Numbered from the whole stretch's first letter, positions 39,361 through 52,454 are shown. The stretch is 63,525 nucleotides of DNA, filler included, from Octopus bimaculoides (GCF_001194135.2; 5 parts of 5 records of this genome joined end to end with filler, not necessarily neighbours in it); one strand, 5' to 3'. The notes: generated from the letters alone by a model not told the origin. A program made the numbers and translations.

Positions 39361-40195
39361 CAGCAGCAACCTCACCACCACCACCAACANNNNNNNNNNN
39401 NNNNNNNNNNNNNNNNNNNNNNNNNNNNNNNNNNNNNNNNNNNNNNNNNNNNNNNNNNNNNNNNNNNNNNNNNNNNNNNNNNNNNNNNNNNNNNNNNNNN
39501 NNNNNNNNNNNNNNNNNNNNNNNNNNNNNNNNNNNNNNNNNNNNNNNNNNNNNNNNNNNNNNNNNNNNNNNNNNNNNNNNNNNNNNNNNNNNNNNNNNNN
39601 NNNNNNNNNNNNNNNNNNNNNNNNNNNNNNNNNNNNNNNNNNNNNNNNNNNNNNNNNNNNNNNNNNNNNNNNNNNNNNNNNNNNNNNNNNNNNNNNNNNN
39701 NNNNNNNNNNNNNNNNNNNNNNNNNNNNNNNNNNNNNNNNNNNNNNNNNNNNNNNNNNNNNNNNNNNNNNNNNNNNNNNNNNNNNNNNNNNNNNNNNNNN
39801 NNNNNNNNNNNNNNNNNNNNNNNNNNNNNNNNNNNNNNNNNNNNNNNNNNNNNNNNNNNNNNNNNNNNNNNNNNNNNNNNNNNNNNNNNNNNNNNNNNNN
39901 NNNNNNNNNNNNNNNNNNNNNNNNNNNNNNNNNNNNNNNNNNNNNNNNNNNNNNNNNNNNNNNNNNNNNNNNNNNNNNNNNNNNNNNNNNNNNNNNNNNN
40001 NNNNNNNNNNNNNNNNNNNNNNNNNNNNNNNNNNNNNNNNNNNNNNNNNNNNNNNNNNNNNNNNNNNNNNNNNNNNNNNNNNNNNNNNNNNNNNNNNNNN
40101 NNNNNNNNNNNNNNNNNNNNNNNNNNNNNGTTTAGGTGGAGCTGCAAAGAGACTCACTAAGAGGTCAAAAGGATCAACACCACATCACCACCACC

Positions 40196-40259
<64 letters not shown>

Positions 40260-41737
40260 CACCACTATAATGCCTATAATCCTATAATGACCTCAACAAA
40301 TTAAATTGTCTGTAAAACTGTAAAACTACAATTAAGTAACTGGATAGTATGCAGTGTGTGTGTGTGTGTGTATGCACTGTCACACACACACACACACACA
40401 CACACATAAATACATACTTATATACATATATAACTATCGTGGAGGCCCAGTGGTTAGGGAAGCGGACTCGCGGTCGTAGGATCGCGCTTTCGATTCCCAG
40501 ACCGGTCGTTGTGAGCGTTTATTGAGCGAAAACACCTAAATCTCCACGAGGCTCCGACAGTGGGTGGTGGCGAACCCTGCTTTACTCTTTCACCACAACT
40601 TTCTCTCACTCTTACTCCCTGTTTCTGTTGTACCTGTATTTCAAAGGGCCAACCTTGTGACACTCTGTATCACGCCGAATCTCCTCCGAGAACTACGTTA
40701 ATGGTACACGTGTCTGTGGAGTGCTCAGCCACTTGCATGTTAATTTCACGAGCAGGCTGTTCNNNNNNNNNNNNNNNNNNNNNNNNNNNNNNNNNNNNNN
40801 NNNNNNNNNNNNNNNNNNNNNNNNNNNNNNNNNNNNNNNNNNNNNNNNNNNNNNNNNNNNNNNNNNNNNNNNNNNNNNNNNNNNNNNNNNNNNNNNNNNN
40901 NNNNNNNNNNNNNNNNNNNNNNNNNNNNNNNNNNNNNNNNNNNNNNNNNNNNNNNNNNNNNNNNNNNNNNNNNNNNNNNNNNNNNNNNNNNNNNNNNNNN
41001 NNNNNNNNNNNNNNNNNNNNNNNNNNNNNNNNNNNNNNNNNNNNNNNNNNNNNNNNNNNNNNNNNNNNNNNNNNNNNNNNNNNNNNNNNNNNNNNNNNNN
41101 NNNNNNNNNNNNNNNNNNNNNNNNNNNNNNNNNNNNNNNNNNNNNNNNNNNNNNNNNNNNNNNNNNNNNNNNNNNNNNNNNNNNNNNNNNNNNNNNNNNN
41201 NNNNNNNNNNNNNNNNNNNNNNNNNNNNNNNNNNNNNNNNNNNNNNNNNNNNNNNNNNNNNNNNNNNNNNNNNNNNNNNNNNNNNNNNNNNNNNNNNNNN
41301 NNNNNNNNNNNNNNNNNNNNNNNNNNNNNNNNNNNNNNNNNNNNNNNNNNNNNNNNNNNNNNNNNNNNNNNNNNNNNNNNNNNNNNNNNNNNNNNNNNNN
41401 NNNNNNNNNNNNNNNNNNNNNNNNNNNNNNNNNNNNNNNNNNNNNNNNNNNNNNNNNNNNNNNNNNNNNNNNNNNNNNNNNNNNNNNNNNNNNNNNNNNN
41501 NNNNNNNNNNNNNNNNNNNNNNNNNNGTTATGCATTGAAAATGATGGAAATCATTTTGAAAATATTATTTATTAACATTATAATTAAATAAAATTGTTTT
41601 GTTTTAAAAGTATGTGTTAATCCCATGTACCCAGACTTTGTGGACACCCTGTATATATATATATAATAGCCTGACACACATACACACGCGCACACACTCT
41701 CATATTTACAAAGTTATTAATATTTTCTCACGATCTT

Positions 41738-41776
<39 letters not shown>

Positions 41777-42091
41777 GGTGCGTGTGCGTGCGAGCGTGTC
41801 CACGTGCTAAACCTGGTGAGGTGTAAGTCACGTGTTTTAGCAACGGTGACTAATAACTGAAGGCAAAGCAACTGTTACCATGGAAATAGCTTCCCCTCAG
41901 AAGAGAATATTCCCCGGAAAATAGAAATAAATAAATAAATAAATAAGATAATGACGCCCCATGCATTCTGAACAAAACCACCACGACCATCACCATGGAA
42001 ATAGTCCCAGTGTCCCAGATCTATCACCTGCTCCAAATCTGCCGTCTGCCAGGTAATGGCCATAACATCGATCCCTGATTGTATACAGGCT

Positions 42092-42572
42092 CAGGCGTGG
42101 ATGTGTGGTAAGAATTTTGCTTCCAAACCATATGGTTTCTGGTTCAGTCCCCTTCGGCAATTGTCTTCTGCTATAGCCTCGAGACGACCAAACCCTTGTG
42201 AGTGGATTTGGTAGCCGGAAACTGAAGTCGCATATACATACATACGCACACACACACGTATATTGCGTTTTTGTCCCACTTTTACATATATGTATGCATG
42301 CATGTGTGTGTATATACTCATATATATGCATGTGTGTGTATGTATATATATATATATATATAGATAGATAGATATGCATACAGACGTGTGTGTCTTTGTG
42401 TCGGTGTTTACGTTCCCGTAACATAGGGGTTTGGCAAAAAAGACCGATAAAATAAGTACCAGGCTAGAAAAAAAAATTACTGAGGTCGATTCATTGGACT
42501 AAAAATTCTTCAGGACAGTGCCTCCAGCATGGCCACAGTCTAATGACTGAAACCAGTAACAGATAGATAAAA
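42092..42572 (+). mobile_element. SINE family A (diverged)
   Basis: Family A motifs with a central microsatellite. Confidence 0.8.
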
Positions 42573-42886
42573 GTAGATTTTAAAAATAGCATTTTTAATG
42601 CCAGGATTAGGAACTTTAATGAATTGGCAGCGCGAGTATATGAACGGGAAATTGGTATTTGTCCGTATGCAAGAACTTGGTGGAATAATTGTAGAATAAT
42701 TGGTAACGTCACACCAAATGATTAAAGAAAAATGGATAGCGAGCTTGTTTGCTTTTTCCCTTCTTCGGCCTCTGTCGGCTGCACTAAATATAACGTCTGC
42801 TAAGCTTCACAGCGTTCCACTATAATGCAATGTTTTTTTGTTTTTGTTTTTTCTCCTAGTGTTGAGATAAACGTTTATATTTTATT

Positions 42887-43068
42887 CTCTTATTCTTTTA
42901 CTTGTTTCAGTTATTTGACTGTGGCCATGCTGAAGCACCGCCTCCAGGACTTATTCTTTGTAAGCCTAGTACTTATTCTAAAGGTCTCTTTTGCCTGTAA
43001 CCGCTAAGTTACAGGGACGTAAGCACACCAACATCGGTTGTCAAGCGATGGTGGGAGGGACAAACACA

Positions 43069-43100
<32 letters not shown>

Positions 43101-43508
43101 CATACATACATATATATATATATATANNNNNNNNNNNNNNNNNNNNNNNNNNNNNNNNNNNNNNNNNNNNNNNNNNNNNNNNNNNNNNNNNNNNNNNNNN
43201 NNNNNNNNNNNNNNNNNNNNNNNNNNNNNNNNNNNNNNNNNNNNNNNNNNNNNNNNNNNNNNNNNNNNNNNNNNNNNNNNNNNNNNNNNNNNNNNNNNNN
43301 NNNNNNNNNNNNNNNNNNNNNNNNNNNNNNNNNNNNNNNTATATATACGGTGGACTTCTTTCCGTTTCCGTCTACCAAATCCATTCACAAGGCTTTGGTC
43401 GGCCCGAGGCTATAGTAGTAGACACTTGCCCAAGGTGCCACGCAGTGGGCTTGAACTCGGAACAATGTGGCTGAGAGCAAGCTTCTTACAACACAGTCAC
43501 TCCTGCAC
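42887..43508 (-). mobile_element. SINE family A spanning a gap
   Basis: Tail before the gap and head after it. Confidence 0.85.
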
Positions 43509-43564
43509 CTATATAATATTCTCAAAATAGTCTATAGTTACTGAAGACGGAATAAGTAGGAAGA

Positions 43565-44180
43565 GTTAGAATTTACTTTACATTGCCATCTCTCTGGCTA
43601 AGTCCTGATATTTCTTTCAATTTCTTTCAATTTCTTTGCTATCCACTCTTTTATGGTATTGCAAAGTCTGTGATCTTACACTGTTAGTTTTTTTATGCTC
43701 TTTACAATCATATCTAGTCTTCTTGCTTCAATAGTGTAGTCAGTCTTTATGGAGAAATTCCATAATTTTTTTGTAATTATTCTTCACCGTCACAACTTCC
43801 AGCTCGTTTTCATATAATTTCTCTACCACTTCCAATTCACACAAGCAGCTTACATTCCAAATCACTCTTTTACCGACACAATCATGTATTTGCTTATATT
43901 CTTTTTGTGCTAGCTAACTGCATTCACTCAACAGATGGTTAATATTTTTCGTCTCCTTTCCCACTGATTCTGCGTTTTCTCAGTCTTTGCCTTTATCAAA
44001 TTCGTCCTAATGGCTTGTTCCTGAACTGCTACAATTAATGATTCAGTTTCTGGCATCCACTCTATTACCATATAGTCTTGCAAAGTTTACAGTTTTTTTC
44101 CCGCTACAATCATCTCATGTTCCCTTACTTTAATAGTATGCTCAGACTTTATAGAGAAATCCCATAGAAGCTTGTCATTA
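43565..44180 (-). mobile_element. Decayed R4/Dong-like (RLE) non-LTR retrotransposon fragment
   Basis: ETESLIVAVQEQAIRTN, QKEYKQIHD, KLLWDFSIK and KKYQDLAREM motifs, with stops. Confidence 0.6.
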
Positions 44181-44294
44181 TTCACTATGTCAACCTCATC
44201 ACCGTCATCATCATCAGCAGCAGCATCGTCGTTGTCGTCGTCGTCGTCGTCGTCATCATCATCATCATCAACAACATCATCAACATCATCGTCT

Positions 44295-44690
44295 TTGTTG
44301 GTGAGCTGGCAGAATCGTTAGCACGCCGGGCGAAATGCTTAGCGGTATTTCGTCTGCCGTTACGTTCTGAGTTCAAATTCCGCCGAGGTCGACTTTGCCT
44401 TTCATCCTTTCGGGGTTGATAAATTAAGANNNNNNNNNNNNNNNNNNNNNNNNNNNNNNNNNNNNNNNNNNNNNNNNTGTTGGTGAGCTGGCAGAATCGT
44501 TAGCACGCCGGGCGAAATGCTTAGCGGTATTTCGTCTGCCGTTACGTTCTGAGTTCAAATTCCGCCGAGGTCGACTTTGCCTTTCATCCTTTCGGGGTTG
44601 ATAAATTAAGAATCAGTGAGACACTGGGATCGATATAATCGACTCACCCCTCCCCCAAAACTACTGCCCTTGTAGCAAAATTTGAAACCA
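44295..44690 (+). mobile_element. SINE family B (duplicated across a gap)
   Basis: 44295-44428 is identical to 44478-44609. Confidence 0.85.
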
Positions 44691-45377
44691 CTATTTTTAT
44701 TATTATTATTGTTATTAATTCATTTGCAAAAAATGGTGAAGGGTCGTTCGTAAAATGCTGAAAATGTTTGTCAATGGCGAAAGGGCTGTCGGGGTGAGAA
44801 TTGTTGCATTAAACAAGCGTTTTTCGTCCAAAACGAGGCCAACTTGTCACGTTTTATGATCCACCCAGTAAAAAAAGAAACTCGGGTAGGATTATATCTC
44901 TCCAGATCAACACTGAAATTAGTCTGTAACTACAAATAATCTACAGTGACTAAAGTGTATCAGAATGTACAATGATGACTGGAATCTTCTATTTGAAGCT
45001 ACGGTAGTAAAAAAATAGAAGACAATCATTGTAGAGCAAGTTTGTTGAGTTGTATTACAAAACAACGTGACCAGATGTCGCTTAGTTGGAGAAATTATTT
45101 TGAAACAAAACACACGCCGTTCAGTCTGAATATGAAACTTGTTGGGGAATCGATATAGCACGCCGCAAATAAAATATTTCTACAACAACGCCCAAAGTAA
45201 AATCAGTGCTTAAGGAGAGAGGGAGAGAGAGACAGAAAGAGAGAGATGGAGGAATAAGGAGAGAGAGAAAGAGAGAAAGAGAGAGCAATATTGGAGTAAT
45301 TCAAGGCAGAAGGCTTTAAAAACAATTGAGAACAATGTCCTTTGCAGGTCAAAGTGTTAGAGCATAATTTACAAACC

Positions 45378-45585
45378 AGATGTGACTGAGTGGTAAGCTG
45401 TTAGCTTCCCACCCACATGGTTCCGGGTTCAGTCCCACTGCATGGCACCTTGGGCAAGTGTCTTCTACCACAACTTCGGACTGTTCAAAGCCTTGAGAGT
45501 GGATTTGGTAGACGGAAACTGAAAGAAGCCCGTCGTATATATATATATATATATATATATAGCCATACATGTTTGTGTGTGTGTG

Positions 45586-45622
<37 letters not shown>

Positions 45623-45838
45623 GTGTGCATATGTGTTTGTGTTTTCACCGCTTGATAATCGGTGTGGGTGTGTTTACGTCCCCGTAACTTAGCAGTCTGG
45701 CGAAAGAGTTCGATAGACTAAGTACCAGGCTTTTTTTTTTAAGAAAAAAAAAGGTACTGGAATCGATTCATTCGACTAAAAATTTCTTCAAGGAGGTGCC
45801 CCAGCATGGCCGCAGTCTTATGATTGAAACAAGTAAAA
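45378..45838 (+). mobile_element. SINE family A; further partial copies at 28272-28428, 30128-30290, 47455-47645, 53985-54195, 58015-58515 and 60165-60360
   Basis: Family A motifs. Confidence 0.85.
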
Positions 45839-45839
45839 T

Positions 45840-46680
45840 AGCAGAAGAATTAAACAGAGAAATCATTGAACTGAAAGAACGGTCGATCTGGAAAAATATT
45901 GAAAAGATCACTCGAAGGAAAAACAAAGGAATCCTTGATTCTTGTAGTCGATTGCAAGAATGTATAAGAAGCGTTTGGTTTTGATTTAAGAAGTTATTGA
46001 ACTTTCTAACAACTACCACCAACTTGGAATCGATTAGCGATCGATCAAATGGATAGATAACTTGCAATATCCAGAGAGTCAATTGATGGAAAGGAGGCGA
46101 AGAGAGATATATGTGATAACTGCTTCGAAATTTGGCAAGAGGTCAGCAGTTTAGGGGCTAAGTCGATTAAATCAGCCTCATTAATCAACTGATACCTATT
46201 TTGTCGACCCCGAAAAGATGAAAGATGAAAGTCAATTTCGGCGGAATTTGAACCCAGAACGTAAAGACGGACGAAATGTTGTTAAGCATTTCACTTGCGT
46301 CCTAACGATTCTGCCAGCTTGCCTCTTAGAGAGATAAGTGATATCGTTTCGTGGAAAAGCTAGTGGACCAGACAAAATTCTCAGTTCTCTTGTGCTGAGC
46401 TTCTTTTACCAATTATCAATTCAATAATCATTAGAGATGATCCAGCGGAAGAATGGTAAAAGTCTATAACTGTAACAATCCTAAAGAAAAGAAAGTGCAG
46501 TCTTCCAGAAAATCAAAGACGACTTATCACTTAATGGGGGCATCAGTGCAAAACTATTTAATCGAGTGCTTCTCACCAGACGAAGAACTGAAAATGATGA
46601 TTTAAATCTTAGTTTCCCGTCTGGCTTCTCGCCAAACAGAAACACGAACGAATAAATATTATCATTTAGAACGTCTTCCA
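45840..46680 (+). mobile_element. Decayed RTE-like LINE ORF fragment interrupted by a SINE
   Basis: SIWKNIEKITRRK, PAEEW*KSITVTILKK and SAKLFNRVLL...SGFSPNRNT motifs of the pre-RT/RT region. Confidence 0.55.
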
Positions 46681-46738
46681 CTCAAACGCAATCTTCTGTT
46701 AAGTTTTTTTAAGAAAACACGAAAGAAATTCTAAAATA

Positions 46739-47106
46739 CAGTGATACCTCAGCAGTACGAGTTTAATTCGTTCCAGGACCGAGCCCGTCTTATGATTTAC
46801 TCGTTTTACAAATCAGTTTTCCCCATTAAAATTAACTAAAATATAATTAATCCGTTCCAGCCCCTCAAAAGTAATTTTTTATGGGTTTTAAAACAGAAAA
46901 GGTGTCGTTACAAGTAAAATGACAATTATAAAAAAGAGAATGAAAAAGAAATATGTAAACTGGTTTTATTAACTGAATTACCTTTAAGATGGGATGATTT
47001 GTGTTGCGGATTTTCACTTGTACTTCAAGACAAAAATTCGCACGAGTCTCGACTCGTAAAGCAAATTACTGGTACAATGGTGCAATCGTACTGCGAGGTT
47101 CTACTG
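46739..47106. mobile_element. Tigger/pogo-like MITE
   Basis: TA|cagtgatacctcagcagtacga ... tcgtactgcgaggttctactg|TA: imperfect TIRs with a TA target duplication. Confidence 0.7.
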
Positions 47107-48621
47107 TATTCTAAGGAATTTGACTGGCTGAAGTCTTAAGAAGGTCGCTTTGAAACGGAGTCCCGAGTGCGATTCCAATGCATAGCATTTTGGGCAAATG
47201 TCTTTGTGTAGACGATGGACGCCAAATACATGACACATGCTCACACGTACACCACAATCTTCTGTCCATCACACATATGCGTGCACGTACATAACTATTC
47301 ATATATACACGCACATATGACTATAACTGGCTTTCCGTCGGTTACGACGATGAATGTTCTAGGTGATTCGATCAACCGAACAACCTGCTCTTGAAATTAA
47401 CATGCACGTGGCTGAGCACTCCACAAACACTGTGTGTGTGTGTGTGTGTGTGTGTCTGAACACCACTTTGCAACTGGTGTTGGTATGTTTATGTCCCAGG
47501 AAGCCAGCGGTTCGGCAAAAAACACTGATAGAATAAGTAGCAGGCTTAATAAAAAAAAGTATTGGCGTCGATTCATTCGACTGAACATCTTTCAAGGCGG
47601 TGCTCCAGCATGGCCGCAGTCTAATGACTGAAACAAGTAAAAGAGAGAAAAGCTAAAGGACGTGGCTGTGTCGTTCCACACCTGTGTTTGTGTAAACATA
47701 AAACACGGAATGGCTTTTACCGAAACGAAATCATAACTGAATTTTGTTAAAAATTGGTAAAGGAGAAAGACAAGGAATTGGATGGATGTTTCCTTCAATG
47801 AAAGAATTATTTTGATCCTAAAATTTAATTAGTCTTTTTTACATTTTTACCCTCCTATCCCTAATTCCGCGCCCTTTTCCCGTGAAGTTTTACTATTACA
47901 CCCGTTTTACGAGACGAGTGAAATAGTTAAAGAATACGAAGATGTTACGATTTTAGGGGTTTGGCTAATTATAATTTAGCTGTTGTTTCTAGCACATCTC
48001 TTAGAGACTCTTTCTTTGGTTTAATTTTGATATAAGTTCTCTGTCTGTCTCTGTCTGCCTGTCTCTCTCTCTCGCTCTGTTTCTATTTTTCTCTCTGTGT
48101 GAGGAATTGGGAGAGAGATAAAAGAGATGAGAGTGGGAGACCTGTGAATACGATGATGACAATCAACCTAATACCTAACTGGTTCTCCGTCGGTTACGAC
48201 GATGAGGGTACCAGTTGGTTCGATTAACGGAACAGCTTGCTCGTGAAATTAACGTGCAAGTGGTTGAGCACGCCACAGACGCAGGACCTCAGGGAGACTT
48301 AATGTGACACAGAATGTGACAAGGCTGACCCCTTCAATTACTGGTACAATTTGTTTTTGTTAGACGAGTGGACTGGAGCAACGTGAAATAAAGTGTCTTG
48401 TTCATGGACACAACGCGCAGCCGGGAATCGAACTCAGAACCTTACGATCGAGAGCCGAGTACCCTACCCACTTAGCCACGCGTCTTCACACCCCGAAACC
48501 TAACTGATACCCGACTGTCAACTTGATACCTGACTGCCAGGCAGCTTCGATTGCAGTCGCAGCTGCAACCAACGCAGCTAGTCATCTCATGCGACAAAAC
48601 GCGACATCGACAGCTGACTGT

Positions 48622-48635
48622 GTTGCTATAGTAAC
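48622..48635. promoter_or_regulatory. RFX X-box-like palindrome GTTGCTATAGTAAC
   Basis: Matches the GTYNCY-AT-RGNAAC consensus; lies in CpG-rich unique sequence. Confidence 0.4.
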
Positions 48636-49404
48636 CAAAACAATTAAACCGGAGGAGGAAGAAGAAGAGTCAACAAGAAAGCCTCTATATGGTCGCCGAA
48701 TCAGCTAGAAATAATAGCCGAATCTTCCTCAGAAGTATATTTTACTGTCTTGAGAAGGGAAGAGAGAAAAAAAAGGAGGCTTTGGATAATGAAGTGCGGG
48801 GCAAATTATATTTGGAAATAAAAAGGCATGAGGGCCATGGCTGGAACACCGTTGATTACATGTTTGTTTCGTTAGAAGTGACATCACGACGACAACAACG
48901 ACGACAACAACAGCGACGATGACGACGACAACAACAACGAGAACAATAACGACATTTGAGAGCAGCTATCATATCAATTTATGCGCATGAGTGCTCATAA
49001 ATTATATAACTGCTGCTGTCGGCGAAACTTCGAGGTTACAGTCTTATTGTGTTCAATAAAACAAGTATTCTACCATTACTGTGTACATCTTACAGTGAAT
49101 TTCACCTGCTGTTTTAATTTAATTATATTCACTACACTCACATACACCTAACTTCAAATATAAAATGTCAGCATAAATACAAACTAGTTATTAATTCTAT
49201 GACAAAATATCTTGAATGGCCTTCTTACGAGTTCGAAAATGCCTCAAGCATGTTTGAACTGGTAACAAGTTCGTATTTAGTTTAGGTTAGCGCTGTCACC
49301 CAGCTTGTTTTATTCACAGTCAGCCGCTGAATAGCACACCCAGTCATTGAATGATGACGGGAATATCATAAGAGGGACCTGTCTCTCATGTCAGCTCGTA
49401 GCAC

Positions 49405-49571
49405 CTGCCTTTCTTGTCTCTGTTGCTGAAGAGTAGATAACCACTCCGAAATGCTTGTATCCTAGTCTGGTTAGTGGGGGCTGTGAGCTGAGTCAATGTA
49501 TTTACACCTATAGATGGTCGTGGTCCGCTGGTGCGTGTAGTGTGGCCATCTAAACGACTCATATCAGAAGG
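49405..49571 (-). CDS. Candidate early exon of a minus-strand gene: MSRLDGHTTRTSGPRPSIG(VNTLTQLTAPTNQTRIQAFRSGYLLFSNRDKKG)
   Basis: Two strong acceptors (ctctcttttccag, gttttatttcag|cc), ATG at 49562, possible donors at 49508 (phase 1) or 49405 (phase 2); lies downstream of a CCAAT/E2F-like promoter. Confidence 0.3.
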
Positions 49572-49969
49572 CTGAAATAAAACATATAAAGTGCCAGCTG
49601 GAAAAGAGAGACAACAGCGTAGAAGGTTTGGAGAACATTTATTCATATATTTACATGCATCTGCGTGGGTTGTATGTTTGCTGTTAACCATGGTGAGATA
49701 GCTCACGAACAGCGCTGTGTTAGAACCTGTGCAGTGTTACTGGTGCTGTGTACGTAGAGATGTTGTTGATGACATGATGGTGGCAATAAAGATGGAGGTC
49801 GCTGTAATGCTGTTGGACAGGTGTTGTCTGGCGTCGTCGCTGGAACTGGCTGTGTTGTGTGGTCAGTGGTTAGACCTTAGAAGGTCTGGAACCAAAAGAC
49901 TTCGAGACAAGAAGTTGAGGTTTTGTAAGTAACAGTAGGCTCAAAACTGGAGTTGTGAACAGACTGTCT

Positions 49970-50058
49970 CACGTGATTTATTTGGAGTCTGCGATTGGTT
50001 AGGTTGCATATTGGCGCGCGATAGAGTAAGAGACAAATTGCGCCAATACCAACCAATC
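49970..50058. promoter_or_regulatory. Candidate promoter with four CCAAT boxes, two E2F-like GCGCCAA sites and an E-box
   Basis: GATTGGTT 49993, TATTGGCGC 50009, GCGCCAATA 50040, AACCAATC 50051, CACGTG 49970; CpG-rich, non-repeat sequence. Confidence 0.5.
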
Positions 50059-50190
50059 AGTAGTGGATACAACGGGGTCCAAACAGCGGCCAAAGGTTAG
50101 CTGTTATCTGCTACGTTTGAATGTATGTATATATAATAAAGGAGAGAGGAATTTCATTAGAGTGTGCGCTACACACCTATTTGTTTATAG

Positions 50191-51352
50191 CAGTGTGGGG
50201 GGAAACTCCCGCCCGCGGGCGAAATTGCACTCGCACGTCCATTTTATTATGCCTGCAGGCTGATATATTTATATGTACAAAATATAGTAAATTTTTCAAT
50301 TATAAAATTTATACAATATTCCTGTGCCTATTTTCGACATAGGTCGCGTTTCCACTACGACTTAAAACAGTCAGACTCGAACAGAAAATCGTCTGGCAGT
50401 TGCCATTTCAATGGAAATTTTGTTTCCCATATAAAACACACATTGCTGTTTGTACCAACCCCTTGAGACCCAACTATACTCCAGCTGAAAAATAAAGAAT
50501 ACCGCATAAGTAATATAAATGTCCTAAATTCAATGGTGGCGTTAATGCAGATGTTACGCGTTAATTTAACGTGTTAAACTTATCTTTATTANNNNNNNNN
50601 NNNNNNNNNNNNNNNNNNNNNNNNNNNNNNNNNNNNNNNNNNNNNNNNNNNNNNNNNNNNNNNNNNNNNNNNNNNNNNNNNNNNNNNNNNNNNNNNNNNN
50701 NNNNNNNNNNNNNNNNNNNNNNNNNNNNNNNNNNNNNNNNNNNNNNNNNNNNNNNNNNNNNNNNNNNNNNNNNNNNNNNNNNNNNNNNNNNNNNNNNNNN
50801 NNNNNNNNNNNNNNNNNNNNNNNNNNNNNNNNNNNNNNNNNNNNNNNNNNNNNNNNNNNNNNNNNNNNNNNNNNNNNNNNNNNNNNNNNNNNNNNNNNNN
50901 NNNNNNNNNNNNNNNNNNNNNNNNNNNNNNNNNNNNNNNNNNNNNNNNNNNNNNNNNNNNNNNNNNNNNNTATATATGTGTGCAAGATTTGTGGAGGCGC
51001 ATGGCTTAGAGGTTAGGGTGTCAGCACTATGATCGTAAGATTGTGGTTTCGATTCCTAGACCGGGCGATGCGTTGTGTTCTTGAGCAAAGCACTTCATTT
51101 CACGTTGCTCCAGTCCACTCAGCTGGCAAAAGTGAGTCACGCTGCGATGTACTGGCGTCCCGTCCAGCTGGGGAACACATACGCCACTGAAACCGGGAAA
51201 CCGGGCCCATGAGCTTGGCTAGGCTTTAAAAGGGCGCATTTAGTTTATATACAAGATTTACACAGATATAAGAGTTAGAACTTGTGATGCGCCCACGGAT
51301 CTTTCTCATTGGAAATTTTTGCCCGCCGCACTAAAAAGTTTCCCCACCCCTG
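50191..51352. mobile_element. hAT-family non-autonomous element with nested SINE and gap
   Basis: TIRs cagtgtggggggaaact and agtttccccacccctg; 8-bp TSD gtttatag / gtctatag (7 of 8). Confidence 0.75.
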
Positions 51353-51424
51353 GTCTATAGTAACAAGCTTTCTCCATGACAAAAATACAGCGATCGGCTT
51401 TCTTACGTTGACTGGTTTCGTTCT

Positions 51425-51648
51425 CTTTACGTTGCTCTAGCTCTGTGAAGGGACCGGCATGCCGACGAATAGATCCAGCGTTTCTTCTGCGTGTCGTAAA
51501 AGGGGCGACTAAAAGGGGTTGAGGCAGGAACCCAAACAGACCCACGGGCTGGAAGGTTGTAACCTGAGTGGTGCAAACACAGGGTTAACCGCCAGGAGTA
51601 GGGAATCATCAACAAATGGTCGACGCACTGTTATAGTGCACAAACTCA

Positions 51649-51650
<2 letters not shown>
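51425..51650 (+). mobile_element. Probable RTE-type LINE 5' region
   Basis: Contains ctgcgtgtcgtaaaaggggcgactaaaagggg, which from recall resembles a motif at RTE 5' ends. Confidence 0.35.
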
Positions 51651-51693
<43 letters not shown>

Positions 51694-51998
51694 CACCACC
51701 ACTACTACTACTACTACCACCTCCACCACTACCACTATTACTACCACCACCACTGCCACCACCACCACCACCACCNNNNNNNNNNNNNNNNNNNNNNNNN
51801 NNNNNNNNNNNNNNNNNNNNNNNNNNNNNNNNNNNNNNNNNNNNNNNNNNNNNNNNNNNNNNNNNNNNNNNNNNNNNNNNNNNNNNNNNNNNNNNNNNNN
51901 NNNNNNNNNNNNNNNNNNNNNNNNNNNNNNNNACCTCCACCACTACCACTATTACTACCACCACCACCACTACTACTACTACCACCACCACCACCACC

Positions 51999-52072
<74 letters not shown>
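51651..52072 (+). repeat. (CTA)n/(CCA)n microsatellite with gap
   Basis: Directly visible. Confidence 0.95.
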
Positions 52073-52386
52073 AGTGTCACACGTTTATAATATGCCTCAA
52101 GATTGTCACCAATACCGTTTGACCTGTAGCTTCACCTTCCTTAATCGCAGAAGATGGTTCCTCGTATTGGCTGTCGTCTCTTACGGCTTCTATGAATAAA
52201 TGAAGCAACCACGACTCAGCCGAGGGTTGACGTATTTAGTGTATGGAACAACATAAGGGATAATTATAATAATTAGGAGGCGAGGCAGAGATATAGATAG
52301 ATACAATGAGACAGGTAGGGAGATAGGCGGGCAGGCAGGAAGGCAGGCAGGCAGGTAGGTAGGTAGGTAGGTAGATAAACAGGTAG

Positions 52387-52454
<68 letters not shown>

